Below the pieces are notes generated by a model. It was not told the DNA's origin. It did not search any database and saw nothing but the letters and a program-made list of their open reading frames with translations. Below, in pieces: positions 36,428 through 44,773 of a DNA stretch of 64,000 nt. Position 1 is the stretch's first letter, and each line of letters begins with the position of its first letter. A program made the position numbers and the translations under genes. This DNA comes from Acidimicrobiales bacterium (GTDB lineage Bacteria; Actinomycetota; Acidimicrobiia; Acidimicrobiales; Aldehydirespiratoraceae), in assembly GCA_965116665.1 (NCBI GenBank), contig OZ220709.1, positions 1,340,669-1,404,668 of the forward strand, read 5' to 3'.

Positions 36428-36734
36428 CGCCGCCTCCAGACGCGCAACCGGCCCCAGGGTGCCGCTGTGTCCTGTCGCGGGTGCAGGGTGGCTCACACAC
36501 TCAAGGTTATTGCTGTGCCCGCTGCCAACAGCTCGCCACGGCAAGGTGCCGAGTGCCACCGGCCGCCCGGCGGCCTGAAGTCGAGGTCCTTGTCGACGCT
36601 CCCACTACCGGTGCACTCGTTCCAGGCGGGGCCATGCGCCGCGACAGCCCACCGCATTCACCCGCAACTACAGCCCGCCCACAAGGATCCCCCGCGCACG
36701 CGGGGCCTCGCACTCTCTCGGGCACAATTGGTTC

Positions 36735-37559
36735 GTGACGCCTGAGGACTTCTTCATTGACAGCGGTCCGGGGCGGCGCGCCCTCAACCGGGGTCTCCTA
36801 GAGCTTGTTCGCTCCGGTGCGTACGACAAGAGGTCCGATGTCGAGGTCGGTGCCGCGTTGCTGCGACTCGCCCACGATGAGTTGGAGGCCTACGGCACAG
36901 ACGGCGCCCAACGGGTGAGCGAAGACGACATCCGTCACATCCTGCAGACCTGCCGGCGCCTCATGAAGCGCATAGGAGTCGATCTTGAACTGCCGTTTAG
37001 CGACTTCCGGACGTTCCGGTCGTATTGGCTGGCAAACGATGCCTACAACAGTTGGCAGGCGCGCCGAGACATCCTGCACGGCCTGTTCGAGCCGGCGCAT
37101 CGCGAGTTGGTACGGCTAGAAGACGACGAGATCGAGTCAACCCTGGCGCGGCCTGTTACGAGCCATCCCGGTACGGGCTGGTCCCGGGTGGATGCCGAGA
37201 TCAACGAGCTCCGGCGTCATTTCAAGGCGGCTCGCAGCCCGCAGGACTACCGGAACATAGGCAACGACTGTGTCGCCGTGCTTGAGAAGCTGAGCGCAGC
37301 CGTGTTCGATCCTGGCCGCCACCTCAATGAGGGCGAGGACGAACCTCCAGTCGCGAAGACGAAGGAGCGACTCGGCCGATTCGTGGAACGCTCCGCGCCG
37401 GGTCCAGCGAACAAGGAGATCAGAAAGGTCGCCCGGGCTGTGATCGAGCTCGCACAGGCCGTGAAGCACAGCGACACGCCCTCTCGAAGAGATGCAGGCA
37501 TCGCTGCTGACTCGGTGATCCAGTTGGCGAACATCTTTCGCCGCCTGGCCGAACAGTAG
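36735..37559 (+). CDS. Hypothetical helical protein
   Basis: ORF 36735..37559 (GTG start). Protein-like, lower-GC composition. No recognised motif. Confidence 0.5.
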   Translation: MTPEDFFIDSGPGRRALNRGLLELVRSGAYDKRSDVEVGAALLRLAHDELEAYGTDGAQRVSEDDIRHILQTCRRLMKRIGVDLELPFSDFRTFRSYWLANDAYNSWQARRDILHGLFEPAHRELVRLEDDEIESTLARPVTSHPGTGWSRVDAEINELRRHFKAARSPQDYRNIGNDCVAVLEKLSAAVFDPGRHLNEGEDEPPVAKTKERLGRFVERSAPGPANKEIRKVARAVIELAQAVKHSDTPSRRDAGIAADSVIQLANIFRRLAEQ

Positions 37560-37780
37560 AGCCACAGTGATTCGGTGTGGCACTCCAGGCCGCCCCGCTC
37601 GAGCGACGACGGACGTCTCAAGCCCGAGCAGTGGTCGCGGCGCCGTACTGTGGGGACTGGCCCGCCGTTCGTGGAAACGATCCGGCGTCGACAGGAGTCC
37701 CGGGTCTCGCCTTGCAGCGGCGATCGACCTGGACAATGGGCCACGACCACTGGTGTTTCCCTCACGAGAGCGGTGACGTG

Positions 37781-38653
37781 ATGGGAGCATCCTTCCCGAA
37801 GAGCCAGCACATTGTTCCCAGGACGCTGCTCAATCGCTTCTGCGACAACGACGGATGGCTGTGGGTGGGGATAAGAGATCGCTCAGATGTGTTCCGGCAG
37901 AGACCCGAGCGCGTGTTCACCCAGAACCACATCTACACCCGCTACGCCTACGACGGCGCTCCGCCCAGCGCCGAACACGAAGAGACGCTCGCCATCCTGG
38001 AGAGCGACGCCGCTCCCGTGATCAGTCGTATCGTCGGCTGTGCCCGACGCATCGAGCCCCCGGAGTTGTCGCCGACAGAACTCGTGGCGCTCCAGAGGTT
38101 CGTCTTGTCGCTGGCCTGCAGGACACCGGAGTCCCGGCAGCGCGTGTCGCGCCGGCTCAGCGACGGCGAGTTCTATGACATCGTCCGCCGACGTGCCGAG
38201 CAGCAGGGCTTCGAGGGCCTATCCGACACACACGGCTTCTACGCCGACGCAAAGATCCGGGAGTTGGCCAAACGCATACGGCACAACGCCGACGCCTCGT
38301 TCGCGGCAGGAGCTGACCCGCGCCTAGCCGCCGAAGAAGGCAAGTTCATTACGGAGACCGGCGTCCGGTTCGCGGTGATCCAGGCGCCGTCCAAGAGTCT
38401 CGTGATCGGAAGCCACGGCATCACCAACTGCGATCCCCGCCTCGTCGGCGGCTACCTGGCGGGAGCGGTGTTGCCCATAGCGCACGATGTCGTTGCCCAC
38501 ATCACACCATGGCCCTGCACGGCGGGGCTTCTGGTGCTCAAGGACACTGCAGAGTCCTCCAAGCTGATCGACACGGTCAACGCGGCCACAGCCGCACAGA
38601 GCTCGATGATCGCTGGCCGCTCCCAGACCCTAATCCGGTCACTACTGGACTGA
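37781..38653 (+). CDS. DUF4238-family protein
   Basis: ATG 37781 (37736 alternative) in ORF 37577..38653. N-terminal KSQHIVPRTLLNRFCD matches the HYVPQFYLRxF-type DUF4238 opening. Confidence 0.65.
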   Translation: MGASFPKSQHIVPRTLLNRFCDNDGWLWVGIRDRSDVFRQRPERVFTQNHIYTRYAYDGAPPSAEHEETLAILESDAAPVISRIVGCARRIEPPELSPTELVALQRFVLSLACRTPESRQRVSRRLSDGEFYDIVRRRAEQQGFEGLSDTHGFYADAKIRELAKRIRHNADASFAAGADPRLAAEEGKFITETGVRFAVIQAPSKSLVIGSHGITNCDPRLVGGYLAGAVLPIAHDVVAHITPWPCTAGLLVLKDTAESSKLIDTVNAATAAQSSMIAGRSQTLIRSLLD

Positions 38654-38793
38654 GCACGCCCGCGGGTGTGTGTCTCACCTCAGCCGCCGCGCCCCAACGG
38701 ACCTCCCCCGGCAGGATCATCTTGTCAATGGCCAGGCTCCAGATTTCTGGTGCTGACCTGCAATTTTGTTGAGACTTGAGAGGGGTCTACGGT

Positions 38794-39438
38794 ATGGGGG
38801 TGGGGAGCGTTGATGGGATTCGAGTCTTGCGCAGCGTCCCCGCCATGAGCCTGAGCGTCATCGCCGCGAGGCTCGGGATGTCGGTGCATCAACTCAAGTT
38901 CGCGGTGGACCAACTCGATGGCCGCGGCCGCTGCGATCAACTAATCGCGGCAGCGACAGCCGGCCGGCGGCGTGAGCCGCGCCGACGCCAAATGGTCCTA
39001 CAAACACCGGCGTGCCCGCCGTTTGTTGCCCGTCGCGCCGGCTGGGACGAGTCCCGCTTCGTCCGCCGCAGCGCTCCCGGCGTAGCGGGATGGGCCAGCC
39101 GCGGCGTGAGCGACGCCGCAGCGCCACGGGTCGCTCACGCAAGAGCGGCCACGATTGCCGCCTCACGCCCCAGCGCGGCCAGCCAGCGGCAGTGCCCATC
39201 AGCGATCGCGATGCGGCTTATGTCAGATGACCGTCCGACCGCGCAATACCTCGCGGCGACCACCGATCACTTGGCGGTGATCGCCGCGTTGGCGACCGCC
39301 GGCAACGACGACGCGCGCGCGGTTGCCGCCAGCCGCACGGACCGGCCCGTAGCGTTGTCTGAGATCGCGTCGCTTCGGAACAAGCCGGGTCGCGCCAAGA
39401 CCCGACCTGGCCCTGATCCACGCACCTCGTCGCGCTAG
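38794..39438 (+). CDS. wHTH + LRV-like helical-repeat protein (paralogue of 51538..52164)
   Basis: In ORF 38776..39438. GIRVLRSVPAMSLSVIAARLGMSVHQLKFAVDQLDGRGRCDQLIAAA parallels GLRMLRSAPAMETAAAAEAAGIPVRDLVTGVERLRGRGRCDQLAADA in the other copy. Both have a conserved CP.AIA block. Start uncertain. Confidence 0.5.
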   Translation: MGVGSVDGIRVLRSVPAMSLSVIAARLGMSVHQLKFAVDQLDGRGRCDQLIAAATAGRRREPRRRQMVLQTPACPPFVARRAGWDESRFVRRSAPGVAGWASRGVSDAAAPRVAHARAATIAASRPSAASQRQCPSAIAMRLMSDDRPTAQYLAATTDHLAVIAALATAGNDDARAVAASRTDRPVALSEIASLRNKPGRAKTRPGPDPRTSSR

Positions 39439-39439
39439 G

Positions 39440-40004
39440 CGGCCCGCTCGCCACAGTGGCGACGGGCCATCCGTCGCTGAAGCCGACGACCGCTAAGTGT
39501 TGCCACCAGTCGTCGAAGGTGCGTCGCGATCTCTGCTGCGCAGCGGCGCCGCGGGGGAACCACGCCAGCTCGCGGTCGCCGCCGGGCGGCTGCGAACCGG
39601 CAGTCGACACCGTCGAGGCCGGCATCGAGGACCGCTGTGCCGATGGGCTGGCAGGTGCTGTGGGTATGCGGCTGCCGTCGGCGTTGTGTGGGTAGGTGTG
39701 GGGCAGCCCGAGAGATGCGAGTCCGTCATCGGAGTTTGCGTCAGCTGCCTGCCCGGCGGGCACGGTGACCTCAACTAGCACGGGCGCGGTCGCAGGGTCG
39801 AGATCCTCCGGGCCGTAGGCCAGCCCCACAAAGCGGCGCAACGTTGGCCCGGGCGGTCTCTTCGTCTCGGTTCAGGTACAGGCACTGCATCTGTGGCGGG
39901 TTCCAGCGCTGGCCCCGCGAGGCGGCATAGGACGGGTCCAGCGGATCGTCCCATTCGAGTTCGACGACGCGGCAGTAGACGCCGGTGATCGCGACGGTCA
40001 GCAC
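39440..40004 (-). pseudogene. RES-domain toxin, disrupted by frameshifts
   Basis: The N-terminal part is in ORF 39771..40004 (SRGQRWNPPQMQCLYLNRDEETARANV). It continues in a second frame (ORF 39218..39841: GLAYGPEDLDPATAPVLVEVTVP...HTYPH). It then reads best in the third frame (STCQPIGTAVLDAGLDGVDCRFAAA) and returns to the second (GGDRELAWFPRG). The 3' boundary is approximate. Confidence 0.55.
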
Positions 40005-40007
40005 GGC

Positions 40008-40385
40008 TCAGGCGACGCCCGTGTAGTCGAAGCTGTCCTTGACGGATCGCAGCAGCCACTCATAGTCATCGTCGGCGATTACCTCGAGCATGCTGCGCCC
40101 GTCGTAGCCGTCGGCGCTGCGACGCACGACCACCGCTGCGGTCCCGTCTCGAAGCCGGTAGCTGAGGATGTCCGCGATCTCTGCCAGAGCGCCGATCTTG
40201 GTGATGCGATCAGCGGGCGGCCCTGCCAGCAGCCACTTCTCGACGGCCTGGCGCTTCACGCCCATCAGCTCTGCGATGTCGCTGCTCGACAAGTCCAGCG
40301 TCGTCATAGCTCGACGCAGCGCAGAAGCGCTGCGAGCTGCGCTCAACGACGCTCTCCGAGAAACCGTCGCGCCTTCATCCATCAT
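40008..40385 (-). CDS. Xre-family antitoxin with DUF2384-type toxin-binding C-terminal domain (RES partner)
   Basis: ORF 40008..40385. HTH region SSSDIAELMGVKRQAVEKWL, then a C-terminal RRSADGYDGRSMLEVIADDDYEWLLRSV pattern. Lies immediately upstream of the RES remnant. Confidence 0.7.
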   Translation of the reverse strand: MMDEGATVSRRASLSAARSASALRRAMTTLDLSSSDIAELMGVKRQAVEKWLLAGPPADRITKIGALAEIADILSYRLRDGTAAVVVRRSADGYDGRSMLEVIADDDYEWLLRSVKDSFDYTGVA

Positions 40386-40431
40386 CTAGTGAATCCCATC
40401 GTGTCGTAGGGGCTCAGTATGGTGCGCTTCG

Positions 40432-41430
40432 GTGGCTGAGCGGGCTGGCAGCGGTGCGTTGAAGCGGCGAAGAACCCGCAACCCGACGCGCCCCACGACG
40501 CCAACAGCCACGGGCCGGCCGGTTCGCGGGGAGCCTCGCCATGTCGCAGGGTTCGATGTCGCGGGCGCCCTCCAGCGAGGGCTGCCTGTTGATGAGCTCG
40601 CGAAGCTCAAGGCCCAGAGCCGCTATCTAGGTTCTTATGCATGGGAGCTGGGCCTGGACCCCCGTGATCTGTGCCCGTTGTGTGGGGAGATGTTCGGCGG
40701 GTGGTGCCTTCACGCTGATCATGTGATGCCTGAGCACTTCGGGGCGCTGTATCGCATCGACGGTGCGTGGCGGGCGGTGCGCGACGCCGAAGATATCCCA
40801 GCGGGTGCCGGGGTCTTCCACGCGGTGCAGTGCGCCGCCTACGCGCACGCGCCGTGCAACCTTCGAAAGGGCCGCACCGCCGATGTGTCTGCTTGGCGAT
40901 TGACGGGGATGGCGCCGCTGATCGTGGCAGAATCGGACGCGGGAGAGGCGGTGGCGGTCCCCGGTCCGGTGATCGTGGCCGCAGAGCCGCGAACCCCCGA
41001 GCAGCGAGCCGCTGAGGCTCTGGGCCTGCAGCACGCCAAGACCGCCAGCGGCGGCGTGCGCGGACGGCGTCTCAGCATCGAGGAACGCAACCGCGAGGCC
41101 GAGCTGGCCCAGCAGGCCCTCGCCGCGCACCAACAACGCCGTGTGAGCCAGCAGCGGGCATTGCCCGCACCCGATGCGACATGGGCCTTCTCACAACAAC
41201 GCCGCAAGCTGGCGCGAGCTCGACGTCGAGGCGACCGGAACATCTTGTGCAACTTCACCGGACAGGACCGCCCGAAGTTGTGTGTCGGCAACGGGCCCCG
41301 GGAGTGCTGGTGCGCCAGAGTGCGCCCCGAGGCAGCAGACCGCCTCATCGCCGCGTTCGGAGCTGAGAAGGCGCTCGAGATACTCGTCGAGGACCCGCCC
41401 AGGCCAATGCAGGCCCTAGGAGACTGCTGA
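40432..41430 (+). CDS. HNH endonuclease-like protein; last five codons and stop lie inside the IS1182 inverted repeat
   Basis: ORF 40432..41430. Motifs: CPLCG...LHADHVMPEH...HAPCNLRKGR (HNH/Zn pattern). Start uncertain; the C-terminus ...PMQALGDC* reads into the IR at 41413. Confidence 0.55.
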   Translation: MAERAGSGALKRRRTRNPTRPTTPTATGRPVRGEPRHVAGFDVAGALQRGLPVDELAKLKAQSRYLGSYAWELGLDPRDLCPLCGEMFGGWCLHADHVMPEHFGALYRIDGAWRAVRDAEDIPAGAGVFHAVQCAAYAHAPCNLRKGRTADVSAWRLTGMAPLIVAESDAGEAVAVPGPVIVAAEPRTPEQRAAEALGLQHAKTASGGVRGRRLSIEERNREAELAQQALAAHQQRRVSQQRALPAPDATWAFSQQRRKLARARRRGDRNILCNFTGQDRPKLCVGNGPRECWCARVRPEAADRLIAAFGAEKALEILVEDPPRPMQALGDC

Positions 41431-43201
41431 GCAAGTCGCCTGTGGTGGTGACGGTGTAGCGGCGGGTGGGGGGTCGGTGTCGGTTGTGGTGTGCAGCCGG
41501 GCGGTGCCGGTTGGGGGCGCTGGGGGCCTCGGCGGGTTGTGTGGGGGCCCGGGTCGGGTGCTTTGGGGGGTTCGGCGGGTCCGTCGGGGTCTGGGGCGGG
41601 CCTCGGCGGGTCAGGCGATGGCCCAGTTGGTGCCGTTGTGGTGCAGGCCGAGGCTGGTGAGTCGTTTGAGGTTGACTGCGGCGGCGCGCAGGGTCAGCCA
41701 GTGGCGGTTCTTTCGGGTGCCTCTGTAGGGGCACCTTCGGTTGTTGCGGACGAGCCAGGCGATGGTGCGCTCGGCCATGGGCCGGTGTGTGGTGTAGGCG
41801 CGCTGGAACTCGCTGGTTCGGGCCTGGGCTCGGGCTGCGGCGAGCAGGTCGTGGTGTGGGTGCAGCCGGATGGTGCGTCCGGCTGCAGCGGTGGTGCAGC
41901 GGGCCCGCACCGGGCAGCTGCGGCACCTGTTGCCGAAATGGGCGTGCCCTTTGGGGGTGAACGAGACGGTGACCCCGGCGGGGCAGGTGACTGTTCGGGC
42001 TTGGGCGTCGATGTCGAAGTCGTCGATGCTGTAGCCGCCTTCGACCGCGGTGCGCAGAGGCGGCGGCTTGATGACCGCTGTCATGTTGCGCTCTTCGAGA
42101 CGGGCTCGCAGCGCTCCGGTGCCGTAGGCGCTGTCGGCGAGCACCACGGTGCCGGCAGGCTCGCCCGCCAGCAGCCCCGCGGCGGCGTCCGCGTCGGCGG
42201 CGTCGCCTGGCGTGAGGTCGACCGCGGTGACCAGCCCGGTGTCGGGCTCAGCACAGACGTGGGCCTTGTAGCCGTCGCGGTAGCTGTGGGCGCTCTTGTG
42301 GGCGTGGCGCGACTCGGGGTCCACCACCGACACCACCCGCCCAGCAGCGACGCGACGTGCGATGCGCCACCGGCCCGGGCCGTCGCCGGGCTCGGTGTCT
42401 TGGCCCGCCACCAGCGCCAACAGCCCCAACGCGTCGGCCTGCGCGTCGTTGAGGTCGAGATCCTCGCAGGCGCCGATCAGCTCCAGAGCGTCATCGACCA
42501 ACTCGCTCACCAGACGCTCCACATCGCCGGGGTCGTCCCAGTCCACCTCAGGCCCCGCAGCGGCGTCGAGGTTGTGCTCGCGAACCCACACCTCGCCCAG
42601 CTGCGGCACCAGCTTGCGCAGCTTGCGCATCTGCACCCGCAGCATCGTCACCGTGCCCTGGCGCGCCACCGCGTCATCCAGCACCGTGGAGTCCAGCACC
42701 CGGCGCTGCTTGCCCGACACCGCCCCCGTCACCGCCACCAGCTCGCGCACCGCGTCGAAGACCCGGTCCGGGCGGTCTGAGGCCCGCAGCCGGTTCCGCC
42801 ACAGCACCAGCACCGTCGGATGAAACGCCCCATCGGTCAAAGCCAGCCCCGCCGCAGCCTTCCAGCGCACATCACAACGCAACCGCTCAACCGCCTCACG
42901 GTCAGAACAGCCCTCCAACGCCTGCAGAACCAGCACCACCGCCATCACCGAACCCGGCACCGACGGACGGCCCCGCCCCGACGCAAACAAGTCCCCGAAC
43001 ATCTCATCGGGAAACAACCTGTCACGATGCTGCGCCAACAACGCATACACCGAATCCGCCGCAACCAGATGCCCGCACACCGCCGCGGCGTCCAACAGCT
43101 CCCGATCCGGCTTCTCAATGCCCTGCATGACCGAAATCCTCCCACACCCCACCAACGATCGCGAGCACCCAACCCCGAATTATTCAGCAGTCTCCTAGGG
43201 C
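41413..43201 (-). mobile_element. IS1182/IS5-like insertion sequence (1789 bp) with perfect 18-bp terminal inverted repeats
   Basis: GCCCTAGGAGACTGCTGA at 41413-41430 and its exact reverse complement at 43184-43201. One transposase gene between them. Confidence 0.85.
41611..43128 (-). CDS. IS1182-family DDE transposase
   Basis: ATG 43128 in ORF 41611..43155. Blocks: RGRPSVPGSVMAVVLVLQ, DREAVERLRCDVRWK, HAHKSAHSYRDGYKAHV, LADSAYGTG, and a C-terminal NLKRL block. Confidence 0.85.
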   Translation of the reverse strand: MQGIEKPDRELLDAAAVCGHLVAADSVYALLAQHRDRLFPDEMFGDLFASGRGRPSVPGSVMAVVLVLQALEGCSDREAVERLRCDVRWKAAAGLALTDGAFHPTVLVLWRNRLRASDRPDRVFDAVRELVAVTGAVSGKQRRVLDSTVLDDAVARQGTVTMLRVQMRKLRKLVPQLGEVWVREHNLDAAAGPEVDWDDPGDVERLVSELVDDALELIGACEDLDLNDAQADALGLLALVAGQDTEPGDGPGRWRIARRVAAGRVVSVVDPESRHAHKSAHSYRDGYKAHVCAEPDTGLVTAVDLTPGDAADADAAAGLLAGEPAGTVVLADSAYGTGALRARLEERNMTAVIKPPPLRTAVEGGYSIDDFDIDAQARTVTCPAGVTVSFTPKGHAHFGNRCRSCPVRARCTTAAAGRTIRLHPHHDLLAAARAQARTSEFQRAYTTHRPMAERTIAWLVRNNRRCPYRGTRKNRHWLTLRAAAVNLKRLTSLGLHHNGTNWAIA

Positions 43202-44773
43202 GTAGGCCTTCGCAGCCGCGAATAGCCGCAACTGCCGATAGAGCTCGGCGATGACGAGGCATGCGAGAACGGATCCACGGACAGTGTCGCCGGACCACCA
43301 GTCAACTCTCGCCCGGTGCAGCTCCTCCAAAGCGTCAAGGAGGCGGCCCGCGTTCATGAGGGCCATCGCCCGGTCTCGGGCGCGCTCTGCGACCGCGCTG
43401 TTGCCTTCCCTGGTACCGATCTCGTCGTCGACTAGATCCAGCAATCTCCGCCATTCGGCTTGCGTGCTCCACAGCGGCAACAGCAACTGGAGCATGTACG
43501 CGAGCGACTTCAAGGGGAACAGCGGTGTTTCTTCTAGCCCCTCTATCAGTTCGGTCCACGCGGACAAGGCGCGCGATGCGTCGCGGCACTTGAAGTCCGC
43601 AGGAAGCGAGAGCGTGGCGTCCAGCGGCGTCCACGGCGGGGGGACTGGGTCGATGTCGCCGTAGGAGGGTCCGTCCGTCAGCTGATCGTCGCTCAGCGCA
43701 GGATGGAGCCCGAGATACCCGAGCGTCGAAAGCAAGCTCGCCCGTCTGTGGGGGGTCGCATCGGGGATGAGCTCCTCAATGCGGCTCGCGAGTTCGGTGT
43801 TCCAGTGATCGAGCTCGGTTGGGTGAATTGTCGTGACAGCGATCTGAGCTGCGCCGTGCGCATACATCAACAGATTGCCTGCATCCTCAAGACGCGCCGG
43901 GTCGCTCTCCTGTAGCGACTCATCGAGATACGAGCGTGCGACTTGATCGACAGGCCGCATGTCCCCGGTCCCACGTAGGGTGGCTACGACCAGTTCGTAT
44001 CGCGCTCGTTGCCGGACGTGGTCCGACAATTCGGAGTTCGTCAACAGCTCGCGCATGTGCCCCAACCAGAAGGGAAGGTCGCTGCGAGCAGCTTCGCGAA
44101 ACACTGCTTCGCGCAGCCCTGCCTTCAGATCCAAGAACGTGCCAAGGGTTGGATTCAACACGGGGTCATCGCGCCACGCGCTTCTGAGCTCGAGGTAACC
44201 GTCTGGGAGATCCCCATCGTCGGGTGGTGCGGCTGGTCGGACCTCGGCCGGCAACGAGAGGAAGCGCTCGGCTATCCAGAAGCCCTCAGGCAAAGCGAGC
44301 AGCTCGGTGATGGACTCAGCGTCGTGGAACTCCAGACGAACGTTGTGCTCTTCCTGAACCTCATCCTGGAGTCTGTGGCGTGCGCCTACGGGGACTGACG
44401 CCAGAGTGAAAGCACGGATCTCGTGAACCGGATACCCCGAAGCGCAGACGGTCGCGACGTCGCTGCTGATCTTCGTAGGCACATCGTCGGCCTGGAGGGT
44501 GCAAATAAACGCGATAGGCCCCTCACGTACGAGTCCCAGAAACGCTCCATGTGGTCCGAGCTCTTCCCGCAAGTAGGTGCGAAACGTCTCAAAGTCGCGA
44601 CCCTGGTCACCCCCTGCAGAGACCGGCCCCGTCGCCGGCAGGACATTCGAGCAGATGAACCGTTTGGTCAGGTGGCGGCACATCTGCTCAAACTCGTGAT
44701 GAGCGTTCCGGGCAGGCAGATGCGACAGGGCGAACCTGACCTGCGTCGCGACTTCGACAGGGTCAGCAGGCAT
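43184..44773 (-). CDS. Mrr-like restriction-endonuclease-fold N-terminal domain fused to a large helical C-terminal region; stop supplied by the IS inverted repeat
   Basis: ORF 43184..44773. The N-terminus has HEFEQMCRHL...GGDQGRDFETF...FICTLQ (Mrr-cat-like pattern). The C-terminus ...KAYALGDC* ends inside the IR at 43184-43201. Confidence 0.5.
   Translation of the reverse strand: MPADPVEVATQVRFALSHLPARNAHHEFEQMCRHLTKRFICSNVLPATGPVSAGGDQGRDFETFRTYLREELGPHGAFLGLVREGPIAFICTLQADDVPTKISSDVATVCASGYPVHEIRAFTLASVPVGARHRLQDEVQEEHNVRLEFHDAESITELLALPEGFWIAERFLSLPAEVRPAAPPDDGDLPDGYLELRSAWRDDPVLNPTLGTFLDLKAGLREAVFREAARSDLPFWLGHMRELLTNSELSDHVRQRARYELVVATLRGTGDMRPVDQVARSYLDESLQESDPARLEDAGNLLMYAHGAAQIAVTTIHPTELDHWNTELASRIEELIPDATPHRRASLLSTLGYLGLHPALSDDQLTDGPSYGDIDPVPPPWTPLDATLSLPADFKCRDASRALSAWTELIEGLEETPLFPLKSLAYMLQLLLPLWSTQAEWRRLLDLVDDEIGTREGNSAVAERARDRAMALMNAGRLLDALEELHRARVDWWSGDTVRGSVLACLVIAELYRQLRLFAAAKAYALGDC

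Noticed and set aside
36685-36710. Hairpin GGATCCCCCGCGCACGCGGGGCCTCG, resembling the core of a type I-E CRISPR repeat (CCCCGC-GCAC-GCGGGG).
   Set aside because: Only one copy. I found no spaced repeats of it elsewhere in the window and no cas genes. It is most simply a GC-rich palindrome in the murA / 36735 divergent intergenic region. A solitary degenerate repeat cannot be excluded without searching the whole genome.
35072-36745. ORF 35072..36745 (+, 557 aa) opposite murA.
   Set aside because: No recognisable domain and shadow-like composition. The minus-strand frame gives a full-length MurA.
41491-42780. ORF 41491..42780 (+, 429 aa) and other plus-strand ORFs inside the IS1182 element.
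   Set aside because: They are antisense to a transposase with clear IS1182-type blocks. The sequence is Gly/Val/Ala/Arg-rich and partly derives from the G-rich tract.
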